A stretch of DNA of 64,000 bases from Laetmonice hystrix. Lineage: Eukaryota. A program made the position numbers and the translations under genes. How positions within the stretch are numbered: the first letter of the stretch is position 1; every line of letters begins with the position of its first letter. Location of the stretch: the NCBI GenBank assembly GCA_965235115.1, contig OZ249446.1, positions 15,810,001-15,874,000 of the forward strand. Direction: 5' to 3'. Shown here piece by piece: positions 37,096-51,121 of this stretch. The notes beneath the pieces are model-generated. The model made no database searches. It saw nothing but the letters and a program-made list of their open reading frames with translations, and was not told where the DNA came from.

Positions 37096-39825
37096 CATGC
37101 AGTCCAAGTTTTGGCCGAGTCGGCCTGGAATGACACGAAAGGACCTAATTGGGCGTGTAGTTCTCTGGACGGCCGCCAGGGATGGGCCGGGCGTGTGCGA
37201 GTGGATATTATAACATGAATGAATAATTTGTAGGCGTTTATATATCATGTAATGTATATATTGTATATACGGCCATGCGTGCGTGGTCTTTGAGAATAAT
37301 AAGATAGGTACTCACGCACACAAAACTACTTTACAAATGCCATATGATATATTGTGTTATACAGCCTGTGATCATTACAGTGAGGTTCGCTTGTATGGAT
37401 AAAGATTATTTCATGTCAACCCCAACGTGTATGCATGAATCAATTGAATTGATCCCTGCATGTACAATGCAGTGTTTATGCACGTGCGAAGTATCCGATC
37501 CCTATGCATGCATAACACTGCATATATAGGGCGATTTATTATATATGGAAGGTGTGTTTATGTTTAGGCGATGTTAACGCCACTTAGGGTATGTTAGGGG
37601 ATGGTAACGCCACCTGGAGACGATATAACTATGCATCCTCAAAACGAGGCTCTCCTTATCAAGGCACCATCACGGCGGCGGGTAGGCCTATCTCCCCACA
37701 CCTTCACAAAATGGATAATGTGTCCTCACCTAATAGGGGGTTTCCACTGCCATCTCATTCGTGGGGAACCCCCATCTCGGCGAGTGTTATGAGATTGAGT
37801 ATATGTTATTAGAAAATATCTTATTATGATAATGTCATTATTAAATGACCTTTTCACAACACATCCTATGTCTTTGATTTCCTTTGTGAGCATTTTGCAT
37901 ACAAGGTCTTTCTCGCACTAAACAATAGATAGTAAACACACTGTGCATCCGCCCCTCTTGTTTTAAAGGTTGCAGGAGCTATCATATTATAGGTATTCGT
38001 GAGTCATTGATAACATAGTGGTGCGGGTAGTGTTGACAGATCCCCAGACGGAAGCATGTGGCGGCGAGTATTGAAGGTGACCGGAAGAACATCCATGGCA
38101 CGTTCTAACATTCATAACTACGGAACTCACACATCTCATGGAGTGATTATGTTTGTTTCGAAGTTTGTCGGAAAGATCCTGCATGTACTGACTTTATAAA
38201 CCGGAGAGTATACAGTTATTGGCTACTGTCCAACATCTTAACCTAACATCACCCTATTGCCACATCAGATCTATAATCAACGTTGTTTACACATACGCAC
38301 ACATTAAAAAAACATGTCGATCACCGGATACCTGAATAGGAAGTCGATCATCAAAAGCTTAAGCTATTTAAATGTAACAATGCGATTGAAAGCCCCAGAG
38401 TACTGCATTGTCAAAAGATGCCTTTGATGAGTGAATTACATGAGACCTAACATTACCTGGTATTCCAATGTCTTCCCGAGGTATATTGTAAGTGTTAGTG
38501 TCTGGTATGCTATAGCGGAGAAACTTTGATACACAATTCCCGCGGTTGTCGTTGAACAATCCGACTCCTCCTCGACGTAGGTGTATGTCAACACGATTCT
38601 GAATTGGATATCTCAAAAGGACGCATGCCTCTTCGGCTGCCGGTTCCCGAATCATAACAAGTTTTGGATGCAGGTTGCTTTATGTGTCCGCTTGCTGCCC
38701 TCCGCTCATGCCTGCCATCACGGTTCTGCATAGATTCACTCTGCCACCGCCACCTGACCCGACTTATTGTTACACCAGGAAAAAGTGTTCTCCAGGACCG
38801 TCTAACGCTAGTTGCCGCGCGCAGACATTAACGTTGGTATGATACCTACAATTCGTCCACGCTGAGATGGTCGTCTGCCGGGCTGCCATGTTTAAACATA
38901 CCGCGAGGGGGCGCTGCGAGGGTGCATGAGATGGCCGTGTTCGAGGTTCTGCTATCCGACAAACTCGATGATGGTAATTAACTTCTTGTAATCAACATGT
39001 TACAGGAACAGGCCAAAATATAGTAGCGATAGAGGTGTCATGGCGCTATTATAGGGATATAACTGCGTGTTCGACCTGCATCTTTGTTCCCAATTGCCAG
39101 TTAACCATTATAGTCGGATCCTTGTCCGTTCTGCCATTTATGTTTTCTACACGCTGGGTCCAATGATGTGAAGGCAAAGCTGGACAAAGCTGAAAAATTG
39201 TATTCAACTAAAATACAAGACAAAATGAGGGACTGAACCCCCCCCCCCCCCCCCATTTTCACATAAAACTTCCGCTGATAAAAGCTTGGTATGTTCGGCT
39301 TTGTAAACTGCACGGGCTGGAGTCGGCTATAGCCATATGTCTATAGAAGATACATATGTCTACGCGGTATCGGATAACGTGCTTTCTTTGAGCATAGGCG
39401 GACATCCAACCAGACAGGTATGCTAGAGGTATTTCATCTGACGCATTAGGAAAAGGTGTTATCCTCTTTTTAGATTGGAAAGGTCTTCCAATAAAAGGGA
39501 CGTTTGGACTGCTTTACAACACATCACTGATATGGTGCACCGATTGCCCAGCCCGCCATGCTCTGCTGTTTTAAAACGTAATTGTAGACTTCGAATATGT
39601 CACTTGACTGGTACATGTTCCCATATAAGGAACTGGTATTTGCAATTGCTACTCTATACTGTGAATACAATGTATAAGAAAGTATGAGACGACGATGAAC
39701 ATTGGACTATATTATTCCGTTCCAGCATGCAATAATGTGTATCTTTTCCTGTCAGAAAAATGTGGCTAACAAATATTTGCTAAAATATCTTCCAATTATG
39801 GTTCAATTAAAAAAGGTAATAACCC

Positions 39826-40349
39826 TTAAAGGGAGTCGTAAAATTCATTTTTTTCGATTTATGGCAGTCTTAGAAACATATGATTCGCATACCTTGGACT
39901 CCCAGTAACATCATGTGAGACTGTTATGGCCCAGCGACCAGTATTTAGTAAGGAAAATATGCCAAATCTCTCGCAAATACGTAGCTCAGAATTAGCGAGC
40001 GGCCCACAGGATATTTGAGTTGGCCGCGGTCGGGCGATGATGACGCGTGATCACGTGACTTCCGGGTGTACATGCGGTATTTAGGTCAACGCTAGACTAG
40101 AGGGAGATTTCCTTCAACACCCGGAAGTCACGTGATCACGCGTCATCATCGCCCGACCGCGGCCAACTCAAATATCCTGTGGGCCGCTCGCTAATTCTGA
40201 GCTACGTATCTGCGAGAGATTTGGCATATTTTCCTTACTAAATACTGGTCGCTGGGCCATAACAGTCTTACTGGGAGTCCAAGGTATGCGAATCATATGT
40301 TTCTAAGACTGCCATAAATCGAAAAAATGAATTTTACGACTCCCTTTAA
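39826..40349. mobile_element. 516-bp foldback non-autonomous DNA transposon, Kolobok-like, with TTAA target-site duplication
   Basis: ttaa|AGGGAGTCG...CGACTCCCT|ttaa. Arms of ~230-240 bp are near-perfect inverted repeats around a 47-bp loop. TTAA TSD plus RR...YY termini are Kolobok hallmarks. Confidence 0.88.
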
Positions 40350-40565
40350 GACTTAAATTATTAAAATGACACCGCCCTGGAGGTCAATCTATTGTAGGAT
40401 TTCTATGATTTCCATTTCCATAGGAGAGGAAACGTCTTGCGACATATAACAGTGCATGCACGGATCTTGACTGGAGTAGTGCATTCTAAAGTACTGCCTG
40501 AAAAACACTTTTAACATTTGAGGTTGTACCACAGAGCAGTCTTACCTCCTGAGACTATTTGTTGC

Positions 40566-40702
40566 CAAATCAGTGGGGATCCAGGATTTTGATAAGGGGG
40601 TCCATCTATATTTAATTTTGGATTTTGACTGTAAAAAAGAAGAAAAAGGATATCTAAGGGGGGCCGGGACCCTTAGGCCCCCTGGATCCGCCCACTGCAA
40701 AT
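40566..40702. mobile_element. 127-bp MITE (CAGTGG..GGATCCAGG termini) flanked by a CAAAT direct repeat
   Basis: caaat|cagtggggatccagg...cctggatccgcccactg|caaat. Related single-end relics lie near 23469-23500 and 34261-34280. Confidence 0.75.
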
Positions 40703-42211
40703 CATTCTGCTTCTACCTGCATATACGTGTTGTAGGCTGTATATCAAACTATATTAATATATTATACGCTATTTTGTATTCTTCCGTATACAAGTATACA
40801 CAAATATAATATCAAGTGCCTGGAATCATACCCCAATGAGCACAGTATCAAACTCAGGTTTCCTGCCAAATGCCTGATAGGCAGTTACGCATAACAACAT
40901 CATTTATAATCGAATTCAACGAACCGCGCAACGACATTTAATGTGTTTATTATCATGTGATCCACTGATTTTTTCTATCTAGATTACTGCTGGAAAGTAA
41001 AGAAATGAATTTAATGAAGCTGAATTCTGCGTCGTTTTTCCAGCTCATCACAGTGCGGACTTGTCCCTCAAAGTTTTACCAGTCTAAATGTGAATGTTAC
41101 ACCCTCTTGGCAAACTCTGTTGACGTAAATCACTGCCAAAAAGGCAAGCCAATGACGGCTGCAAGTTTTCCAGGAATGCTGCTGTGAAACAGTTGATACC
41201 GTACCGTATTTTAACGTTTAAACCTAATACAGAAGATATCGTCTATTAGGCCGTCGTGCTTGCATACAGGGAGATCCTCTCATTTGTTTACTGCTGCAGA
41301 GTATCCTACAAATCTAGGTGGGAACAATTCCGGTTAAACTTTTATTGCCAAATGGTGATCGTTAGATGTTTTTTTTATAAATATCCTTTTTTTCCTCGTC
41401 ACGCTTTATACATATTTCACGTGTACCATGTGAGGGTGAATTAAACGTCCTAGAATCCCATCTATCCACCCAGCCACACTGCAAACTATCAGAACCCCAA
41501 TTATCGACCATGACCCAGTTCGGATTGGCATTGCATTCAATGTTGACTCCTGCGCTACTTGAATCGGGACATCTGTATTGTGACAGTCACGCTTCACTGA
41601 CGCTATAACACTCCATGACTGCATGGAGTCGATATATGAATGAAACAGAGGAGTTCTACCCCTACTACCGACTGTCATGACTGTATACGATGGTGGGCAT
41701 CGTCAGGCTATGACATACTATAGTCAGTCAGGTTCTTGTTGACGTAACCCTAGCCGGCTGTACCTACATGGTTTTGAGTGTTCGAGTGAAAAGGGTTTTG
41801 CAAGAATAACTGCAACGAATCAGGGCTATGGTGGGGTCATGAATTCTGGACAATGCTTACGTTGTCACATTGGATCCACAATACCCGCCATCCAATGCGG
41901 CCCATGCATTTGCTTAGTGCCATTCATAGCTCAACCAGAATTATTAGGCCAGTGTATCCCACCAAGTGTAAGGGGAAAACGTTGCCTCCCAATGAAAGCC
42001 ATGAAAATCTTTAGTTAGGTTTAAATCTTTTCCTGCCACACCTCACGGCTGTGGTTACTGCAGATGGTCTGTCCGCCTACTCCCGCCGGAAGTTTCTCAA
42101 TGCCGGGTTTGTAAACCTTATACCGCACGACCTAACTCCTGTCGGCGTATGGACCCGTGTGAAAGGCAGGTTCCTATTATTCTATTGCTACTGCCATCTA
42201 CACTGGAGTCC

Positions 42212-42254
42212 ATCGGAGGGCTTCTCAACATAATATGTTGAGAAGCCCTCCGAT
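42212..42254. repeat. Perfect 21+1+21 bp inverted repeat
   Basis: atcggagggcttctcaacata-a-tatgttgagaagccctccgat. Confidence 0.95.
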
Positions 42255-42572
42255 AATATAATATCATTATATTCTAATATTCTTTTTGACGAGTTACCTG
42301 ACACAAGATCGTTGGTTTTTGCTGGGTATTCCAGTTCTTTAAACCACGGCTGCTGTTGAGGCGTAAATCCAAATGTCAATAAAGTAATTTCTGGGTGCAT
42401 ATAGGACCTATATCGTAAATAATGCCAGTGACTTCCATTACACATAACTCGAAATCCTGTCACAATTTATCACATACACCTTACCGGAAGTGATATGGAC
42501 TTCCGGTCACTATCAACACATGCCTATTCTAATCTAATCATGACATACGTATATAGGTGAACTGGTCCTCCC

Positions 42573-42668
42573 CAGTGCTCCGCAACTGGGTTATCAAAGG
42601 GTTTGGTATGTCCAGCCGTGTCTGTGCGACTGGGCAGAGAAAAGAACCCTTGTCATTGTTCGAAAAGA
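42573..42668 (+). mobile_element. Headless fragment resembling the conserved central domain of widespread invertebrate tRNA-derived SINEs (Meta-type)
   Basis: cagtgctccgcaactgggttatcaaagg...ggtatgtccagccgtgtctgtgcgactgggca...aaaagaacccttg...cgaaaaga. The resemblance is from memory and has not been searched. Confidence 0.45.
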
Positions 42669-45600
42669 TCATGGGATTCACTCAGGTCCATTGACAAAAT
42701 TAAAGGGTTAATATAGCCCTGAATTTTGCTGAAATACCGACACCAGGGCGTAAATCCCCCAGTCTACTCACCAGGATATCATTCAGATCAAAGACAACGT
42801 TGTCACTGACAGAGTTAATATCTGTCTTTAACTTTATGTCCTGAAGAAGATCCCATTATTTGTACGAATATCTTGATCCAAACTGCTTATATTAAAGGCA
42901 TGAGGATGCATCTACATAGGTGCGGAGAAGCCTTTGTCGAAAATAGGTGCCATTGGGCTTATCTCTTAAGCAAAACAGCAGTAATATTGTCAAGATTCCC
43001 AAGAGTTGATAGAGTTCCTTTACGTTTTAGCTCCAATAACCAGTATCTTTTCGAGGTACCTAACGTTGCTTTCGAATCGCATTAAATAGTTCATTTGCCA
43101 TGTCGGTTTCTATTTGTCGACTTCACAGTATTATGTATACAAGTCTGACAAGTAGGAGGAGGTTTTCCCCATCACGCCCACTCAAATCGTAATACTTTAC
43201 ACCCAGAACCCTCAACCACAAGACGACCATGCAGGTTGGCCTGCTGAAACTTACAGCTTTCGAAATAGGAGTCCTATCCAGTTCCAATAGAATGCACACA
43301 TTAGGCAGATCAAACAATCACCAACTTCGTGTGCTACAAACGTAACCTGGTGGTTTTTCTGTGCATTAAAAGTATGCAGTGACCATAAAGATTTACACAG
43401 GTTCTTTGGAGGTCTGACGTTGCAAATCTGTCACGGCAATGCGACCGTCTTTTTTACAATCCTTATAAAGCGGGGTCAGCTTCCCCGAGACTATAGGCCT
43501 ACACCTGTCATCGATTGATGACAAATGAAGAGGTCGCTTTGATAATAAGTGAGAGTTTTCTTACCAGAATGTTACGAGGGAACGATTAGTCTTGAAGGCA
43601 ACCACATGAGAGGACGGCCCTCAGCGTGTCTGTGCCGCCGCCACGTGCATCAACTCGGGTTCCGCTGGAGTGCATGCCATGCAAAAGCCACCTTGTTCGT
43701 CTGCTGCGATCTGACGTCAGGTGGCGAATTGGCTGAAGCGTCGGAGCTGCGCGTAATGTGCTATGTAGCAAAGGTTGCTGAAAAACATGAAGTCGGTGAT
43801 ACGTAAGTAAATAATCCAGGAGGTGAGGGGGAGGGGGATGCTCCCTCGTCGCCATTCGGAGATGAGCATTCAGCCATCTTTAAAAACTTCCCGCGCCTTA
43901 CCGTCGAGGACAAATGCCGAGCGAAAGGTTTCAGTTACGGTTGAGGAGAGAAGGTGTGCTGCAAAAGAAAATAGTTCAGTCGCCCGAATGTGGATATAAG
44001 GAAGAGGCCCAGGAAGATAGGACAGTGGTTATTGCAGAAATAATACTTAGTACATGGGTCATCATTCAGAAAAAAATATTATTCACCACCTGACGTACTT
44101 AACTGGACCTGTATGATGTTAAGTTAAATGACGAATTCCCTCGAGTTGAAATTGTATAGGCCTACCGCATGTTTGAGGGCAGCTTGGTAATGTTCAAATA
44201 TTTCAAAGCGCATAATAGTTCATTCATGTACATGTATAGATGATCGAGTTCACATTCGTGAACAAAAGGGTTATACCAGTTTTTGGAGACTTTGACCTAG
44301 ATTGCAAGGAGTATATAGAATAACTCTCAAATTGGCGAGTCTTCGATTTGAATTCTCAGTTCGCACAACTAGGTCCTATCAATCACGCATATGGGAGATT
44401 TTACAATTAAATCCTAATTATCGATTCGCTCCAGTGTCGAAATGATTGGTTACAGTGTTTGCAGTGAAGTAAATAATTCTTTGTGATGTAACGACATGAC
44501 TAATCAAAGGGTCTATATTCATATTAATAGCATGAAACATGACGTTATACTGGGAATATTCACTAACGGGTCTTGTGGCATACAAGGCCAGCTGCGTGTG
44601 TGCTCTCCACATGTATGGGTGGGCTCGCTTGTCGCAATAGACGTCTGCATGGTTCAGTGACAGTGAAGTACCTCCCAAGTTAAAGTTTATTAGATAAAAA
44701 CAATTCGCTGGTACCATTGAATAGATGGACTGTGTTATGAACAGACGACAGGTCCCCGTGAATCTCCAGTAAAGACTGCCATTCAAATTTTCTACTACAT
44801 GATGATTTAGATTTGGTATGAGTCGCATGACCTGCAACTTTCAAAATACCAGAAGCTGTTATAAGTGTAAGGATGGATGGATGGGCCGATGGAAACAAAG
44901 CTAGATGAGTCGGAAAAGGATGTCGCCAAAAGGTCTCACTGTCTAACGTATATCCCCAAAACAGACAGGTTAAATGTATTGTAAAATTAAATTGATGATT
45001 GTGGACGACATAACATTGACGGACCATGAATTTAAATTTCGATAAACAAGATTGTCACCCTGCAAGGAAATGTAGTCCTGCCTATCTCCACTAAATTATG
45101 TACACAAAATGAATTAATGATGATCTGAAAACACTGTATAATCATTTTGTCTGTGTACATCATCCTTTACATAAACGCATGTGACCTAATTCTCAACATA
45201 CTCTCAATACCTTTGTTAGGCGTTTTTCCTCTCCGTTTTTTGACGGCTGAAGCTTCTTTGAAAAGGAAGAAAAAGGTTTTAACGCCAACGCTACTGTTGA
45301 AATGGGGATATGCCAACAGTTGGATGTTGATTGACACGGAGGCAACATTGAGTGGGTGAGGCGGCCGACCTACCGACAAGATTTTCTGCATACAAATGAT
45401 CAAAAACATGCTGAGAGATGTCATACATATGTCGTTTAATGGATTCACCGCAGAACGACGTTTCGGTTTACATAACCACGTAGGCCTCAATCCCTCGTGA
45501 CCCAAAAAATATATTTCACAGAACGCTTCCCCGGCGAACGCGGCAGTCGACGACTGTTGATACCGCGTCTAAAATGACAACAAGACAAACCAACTTTTGA

Positions 45601-48600
45601 CAACTTTTTCTATCTGTGAAGGACGCAGTGATGACATGTTGAAAGGATGCAACGAGTCCTTTTGGCTCATCTGTATCCGCCGATGGAAGGACGGAAGAGC
45701 TGTTGTTTGTACATGCATTCTTGATCTTTGCTGGGTCCAAATCCAAATCGCAGTTCATTGTGTCTTGCGTTGCCATGTAGTTCTCGAGTTGTTATGTCGA
45801 CCCAATGAACACAGTTGTATAGGAGCTGTTAGCCACAGTAGTAAAGATACACATCAGACCCCCCCCCCCCCCATTCCTGCACAGAAAAAAATAACCCGTT
45901 TGGTGTGCCAGCGAAAGCCGGAAATCATATAGGAAAAGAATATAACTCTCGGAGCCAGAGCAGGAACAATACATATATAACAATGGTTGTGCTTGGCAAA
46001 AGATGTCAAATTGTCAAAGTACACGGCACTACGATCTTTGACCGTTTATATAATATATAGTTGTCTATCGATCCGACGGATTGGTGCTAAATAAAGAGAT
46101 AATTAGGTTGCAGCCCTCTTAATCGGCAATTGAACCAGTTTTCTCTTTTTAAAATCAAGATTCAATGCGTTCATTTATTTATGCTCTATTATATGAATGC
46201 CTGAATCCATTTCAGTTGTATTAAATACACCCATTCAGGACGACAGAATCCTATTCTATTATACAACAATATGCATATTTACTGGCGAGCCGTCTTTTCT
46301 CCGGCCTTTTTAGAACCCTATCTAGGCCTCTACTGTATTCTGTAACTTATTCCTATAACATCAATAAAAACATGTTTATTGCAGACATAATGCTTCCCGT
46401 CGCCACTACAATGCCATGCACTAATTCATCAACGATTAGGCAACCATATTTATGCTTAATCATTAATGAGCTAAAAAGTAATCGCCACAATTGCCAAGTA
46501 TCCATGGTGGATAACAGGTAACGTGTATTTTGTAAACATATGGCCGTTACCTTGGTAGTTTTTATTTTCTGCCACTGCTGCCACACAACAGTCTGATTTG
46601 ATTGAAACTTCCAAATTAGCCAAATAAAGTGATGATGCCATTTTCTGATACGTCACTTTTTGTCACCCCCAAAGGAATAAATATTTTCTAGAACTATTAC
46701 ACTTTATACCTATAGTGTGAAGTTGAAGCTAAGGGACACAAACACAACTTTCAAAACGTCTTGAACTTTCTTCGGTTGATTTTGTCTCTATTCCTGATTT
46801 TCAAAGATTCGGAGGGTTTTAAAATCTATCTGTGCTTCTGACTGAAAGGTGTACTCTAGCTGCAATAAGAAAATATATGAATTATCATATAGCCTGAATA
46901 TAATTAGAGGGGAATATTCAATGAACGCCCATAGCATGTTGGCTAAGTTTGCCCCTTACGCCTGAATGAATTCAGCTCCAGGAAATAACTTTATTTTAAT
47001 ACTAGCCGTCAGAAAATCTTTTGCTTGGATGGGTCACCGTCGAAACAGAATCAAGTAACTTTTAGACTTGGAGTCTATCCATCGACCAGTGCCAACTTAC
47101 TGATAGAGGTAATGCTAATATCAAAGCCATAGGTCCGTAATAACGCCGTGTCGACTCCAGGCAGTCTCCTAAGTTCGGTATTTTCATGACTTCTCTTGTC
47201 TAACTGGTGCCGTATACCCAATGTAATTTTGGTTGATTCCACTGGCTGGTTTTGGAAACATCATTATTTGAGAGCAATTCGCCGACCTCATACATCAAAC
47301 GGCGAGTAAAAGTCCGTGCCAAGACAGGAGAACGTGAAAGGAACGATGGCTTTGAGGCACCTGTTTCATCGTATGGTTGCTTAATATATTCTGACAGATT
47401 CCCACACATATTACATATACCCATTTAGTTTTAATCGGTGTAATGCACGGCTGTTATAGAAAGACAAGTTTTAAATGTACTCTGTCTCTCTCTTGGTGGA
47501 CTTTAATACACAAAAATAGACGGCTGTGATTAGGTAGTTTATAACCTGCCACCTTAATGTAAATTACCTTTGACATTTAAGCTAGGGATAATGCGTTTGT
47601 GCAATTCCATTTTCTCATTCTATCAATAACTAGGTATTTTTCGACCTTAAAGGTTATTTCTGCATGGAGACCATTTGTAAAATTGTGGCTAGAGACATTC
47701 AGGTGATGAGATCCGTAAAAAATTATGATGATGGGATGACAGACATGATAGACATTGACCAAAATTTACAAACGTTTTGAAGTAAGGGCTGTTTTAGACT
47801 TGGCGTCTATTTTAGATCAGTATTTTGGCGCCGACGTTTCGACTCACGGAAAGATTGGTTTTGCCTATCATAGGCGCAACGGTCGGGCAGCAATGTGTGT
47901 CCACACAACCAGTGCTACCTTCACAATCGTTGACACCTTAACTATAGGGCCTAGTCTCCACACGTCAGTCGATCTCGGAAATAAAGTAGGCAAGGCTGAC
48001 CCTCGCACTCATCAAAGGTGTCCCTCAGTGTATGCGTTAGTTTGTAAAAGGTGACATTACACCCACACTTTTATCTAAACAAAAGGTTTTACAGAACTTG
48101 CCCTCTACCAAAATCTTCCATGTGTGTGTTGAATTTAATTTATTCATCTAATTTATCTATTAATTTGTTCATTTCTTTATTTCTTTATTCATTTATGTTT
48201 ATTTATTTAAGCTATATAGGACACCGTAAACAATTAACTAGAAGTTGTAAATTTGTACTTTATGAACACTTTTAATCAAGATAGGAGGATGTACATTCCA
48301 GGTTGTATATGGTAAGACAATGAACTAATTTTCTTTGTCTAATTGGCCTGAGACTTGACCAACCATACAATAACAAATGCAGCCATTTCAGGCGACACAT
48401 ATTTCCAATATCAGTGAACCGTAGCCGATAACATTTATCATTTGTGCCCGACAGCCAGGTATTGGGTCCAACACATCAAGAAGCAACATGTACAGTATAA
48501 TAGGGCCACCAGCTGGCCACTTATTCATTAGCAGATGGGCTATGCAAATTCGCAAGTCGCGACAGTAACATTGCGTATACAAAGGCAAATAGCAACTGAC

Positions 48601-49012
48601 ATACAGTGGTATAAGATACACTAATACAGACAATAAAATGATAATCCTTATCAGGGAATTAATTCATAGATGCCAAGAAACTAAAATAAACCGAATGTGA
48701 ACCGAATGCATGTGAACAAATGACAATGCCAAACTTTCCCATACATTTTATAAAATCGATAACCCCTTTAGTAAACCAATTATGTACGCTTTCCTATGTT
48801 TGCTTGAAAGTTTTAATGACAATTTTAGTTAAGTAGCCTATATATGGCAAAGTTGAGAGGGACAACGTGTTATTTATTATATGTGCTAAATGATCAAGCA
48901 GGATAGGACATAGTGAGGCTGGTCATTCTTGATTTTTAGGTAAATACATGCATTGCTCCGGATACCGGAACTGTAATATAAGCTATACAGATGTCAATAA
49001 ATTACCGGGAAA

Positions 49013-49114
49013 TAAGTTAGACAGAAGCATCCTGTGAACCCAGGCTTAAGTTAGACAGAAGCATCCTGTGGACCCAGGCTTAAGTTAGACAGAAGCATCC
49101 TGTGAACCCAGGCT
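49013..49114. repeat. 3 x 34 bp tandem repeat
   Basis: taagttagacagaagcatcctgtg(a/g)acccaggct three times. Confidence 0.92.
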
Positions 49115-51121
49115 TTCCCCATTGTCCCGAGACCCTGTGAAATTGTGCATCAGCCTGAAAGACCAGCTGCCTCTCCGACTCGTTTTGAGGAACCAATCAG
49201 ATATATATGCGCCTGTATGAAGCTTCCTGATTGGCGGATGCTATCCAGTCACGGCACCCTGATTGGTTAAACTCGATCGCGCCAGGTTCAAGCGGGAACG
49301 GCCAAGCGATATCAGCGACAGTCACGCAGAAGCTCAGGGAGGGTCACCTTCTGAAAGATGTTACCCGTTATATTAAGTACAATTCTGACCCCCACACCCC
49401 GACACCGATCCCCTACTGAGTATGGTGGTGCAGCAGCATCTTCTCTCACGTTCAATGAGTTCCGAGGTAACAAAAATTCCATTTGCTTCTTCTCGAACAG
49501 ATACTGCTTCTCACAGAGGACCTTCATGTCTGCTAGTGGCGCCCCCATTCGGACGAGACTCTGACTAGCGCGTCAAAGCGCCCCCTGGTGACAGTGTTAA
49601 ACTATGGAATGAGGCCAAATGTTCGTTCTCCACTCATTTCATGCCCCTGTACGCCCCTCTCCCTTGATATGCCTAAGTAGTTAATAAGTAATTGAGAAAA
49701 TCTAGAGACAGTTAGAATACTCTGCATGGGCCAGCCCATAGCACGAGACAGAGGGGTATGTCTGAAAGATAGATATAAGTCTAGATTATAGTGTTTTTAT
49801 ACACCTAGTCAGTAAATCGCTCCTGTTGAAAAATTATCTGAAAACAAATTAGGTAGAACTAAGTAATCTCTCGCTGGTCCATAAAGTAACATACATACAT
49901 TCGCAGTATTTATCCACATAGATTCAATTTTTCTTTTCGGTGATATTTCTTCTAATATCTTCTTGCATACAGGTGCGGATTTCTTCCTTTGAATTATCAA
50001 TAATACCTATTATGCCCATGTCGAAAGCGCTTCTAGCTCAGCCACTTAAGCATACGCCACAAATAATTGCATACACGATCAGGCAATGCCAATATCACAA
50101 ATACGAACAGCAATATAATAATTAGTGACGCCGGGACAATGAGTTGCCTTTACTGCAGGGCCGTACCGTGCAGGGGTAAGTTGCTCCCCTCCTGCTGATT
50201 CTTGAAAAAGTGTCATTTTGGATGAGCAGGTGCCCTTTTAAATATGCTCTCATTCTTAATGACGATTGCCCCTTGAACCACGGACTACCTACCTACCAAC
50301 CAGTAGGCCTGTCCTTTTGGCTGTATACGGACTGCACTGAATCTGCATGGTTGCAGATAAGCTTCGACATCCTCAATCAGGCCTACGTCCTACTCCAATA
50401 CATGTATTAATATTAATATTAAGGCCTAGAAAACGTCTAGATTATTTCCTAAAAACAACTTTTTGCACTTTTAATTTATGTTTCATGAAAGTTGCCTCAG
50501 TTAGGCCTATAATGTTTCCTCCGTGCATAGACATAGTCTCGGTGCTATTCACAATGCCCTCAGGTCTGACCATGCAAAGTCTCATCGCATCACATGAAGA
50601 GATGGCTAGCAATCTGTCCACTATAGTCCCGTGAATAAATACCGCAAACCCATTCGTCAACATCGATGGGCCTTCGAAACGTAATGAAATATTACAGGTA
50701 TATATCGTTACGTTTAATTGCGTACTCTAAATATGCCTGTCGGCCCTAGAGTATTCTGTCACACTACGGTTTAGTGACTACTGTGACTTTAGTCCCATAT
50801 TATTTTGGCAAAAAGCGGTAAACATTTTGTAAATGCCAAGTGGACTTCCCCCTGTTAGACGCACGGTAGTATAGATTTCTGCGGGCTGATGTGCCGTATG
50901 GTTGTGTGAATTCATGAAGATGACAATATATTCTGTAATGAAACGATTCTTATCCTATACATATCCCACCTTGCAATTCTGTATAGACAGCCGCCAAGAG
51001 CTGTACTACTATAGCGTTCCTCGTAATATTCAGTGGGTCCCCCACACACATGAGTCGGTGTATACGAACGAAAGGACGTCGTCGCGTCAATGACAGCCAC
51101 GACGCAGTGTCAACGACGTGA

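Noticed and set aside
44418-45027. Two overlapping minus-strand ORFs or a possible exon
   Set aside because: No recognisable domain, and no place for it in either gene model.
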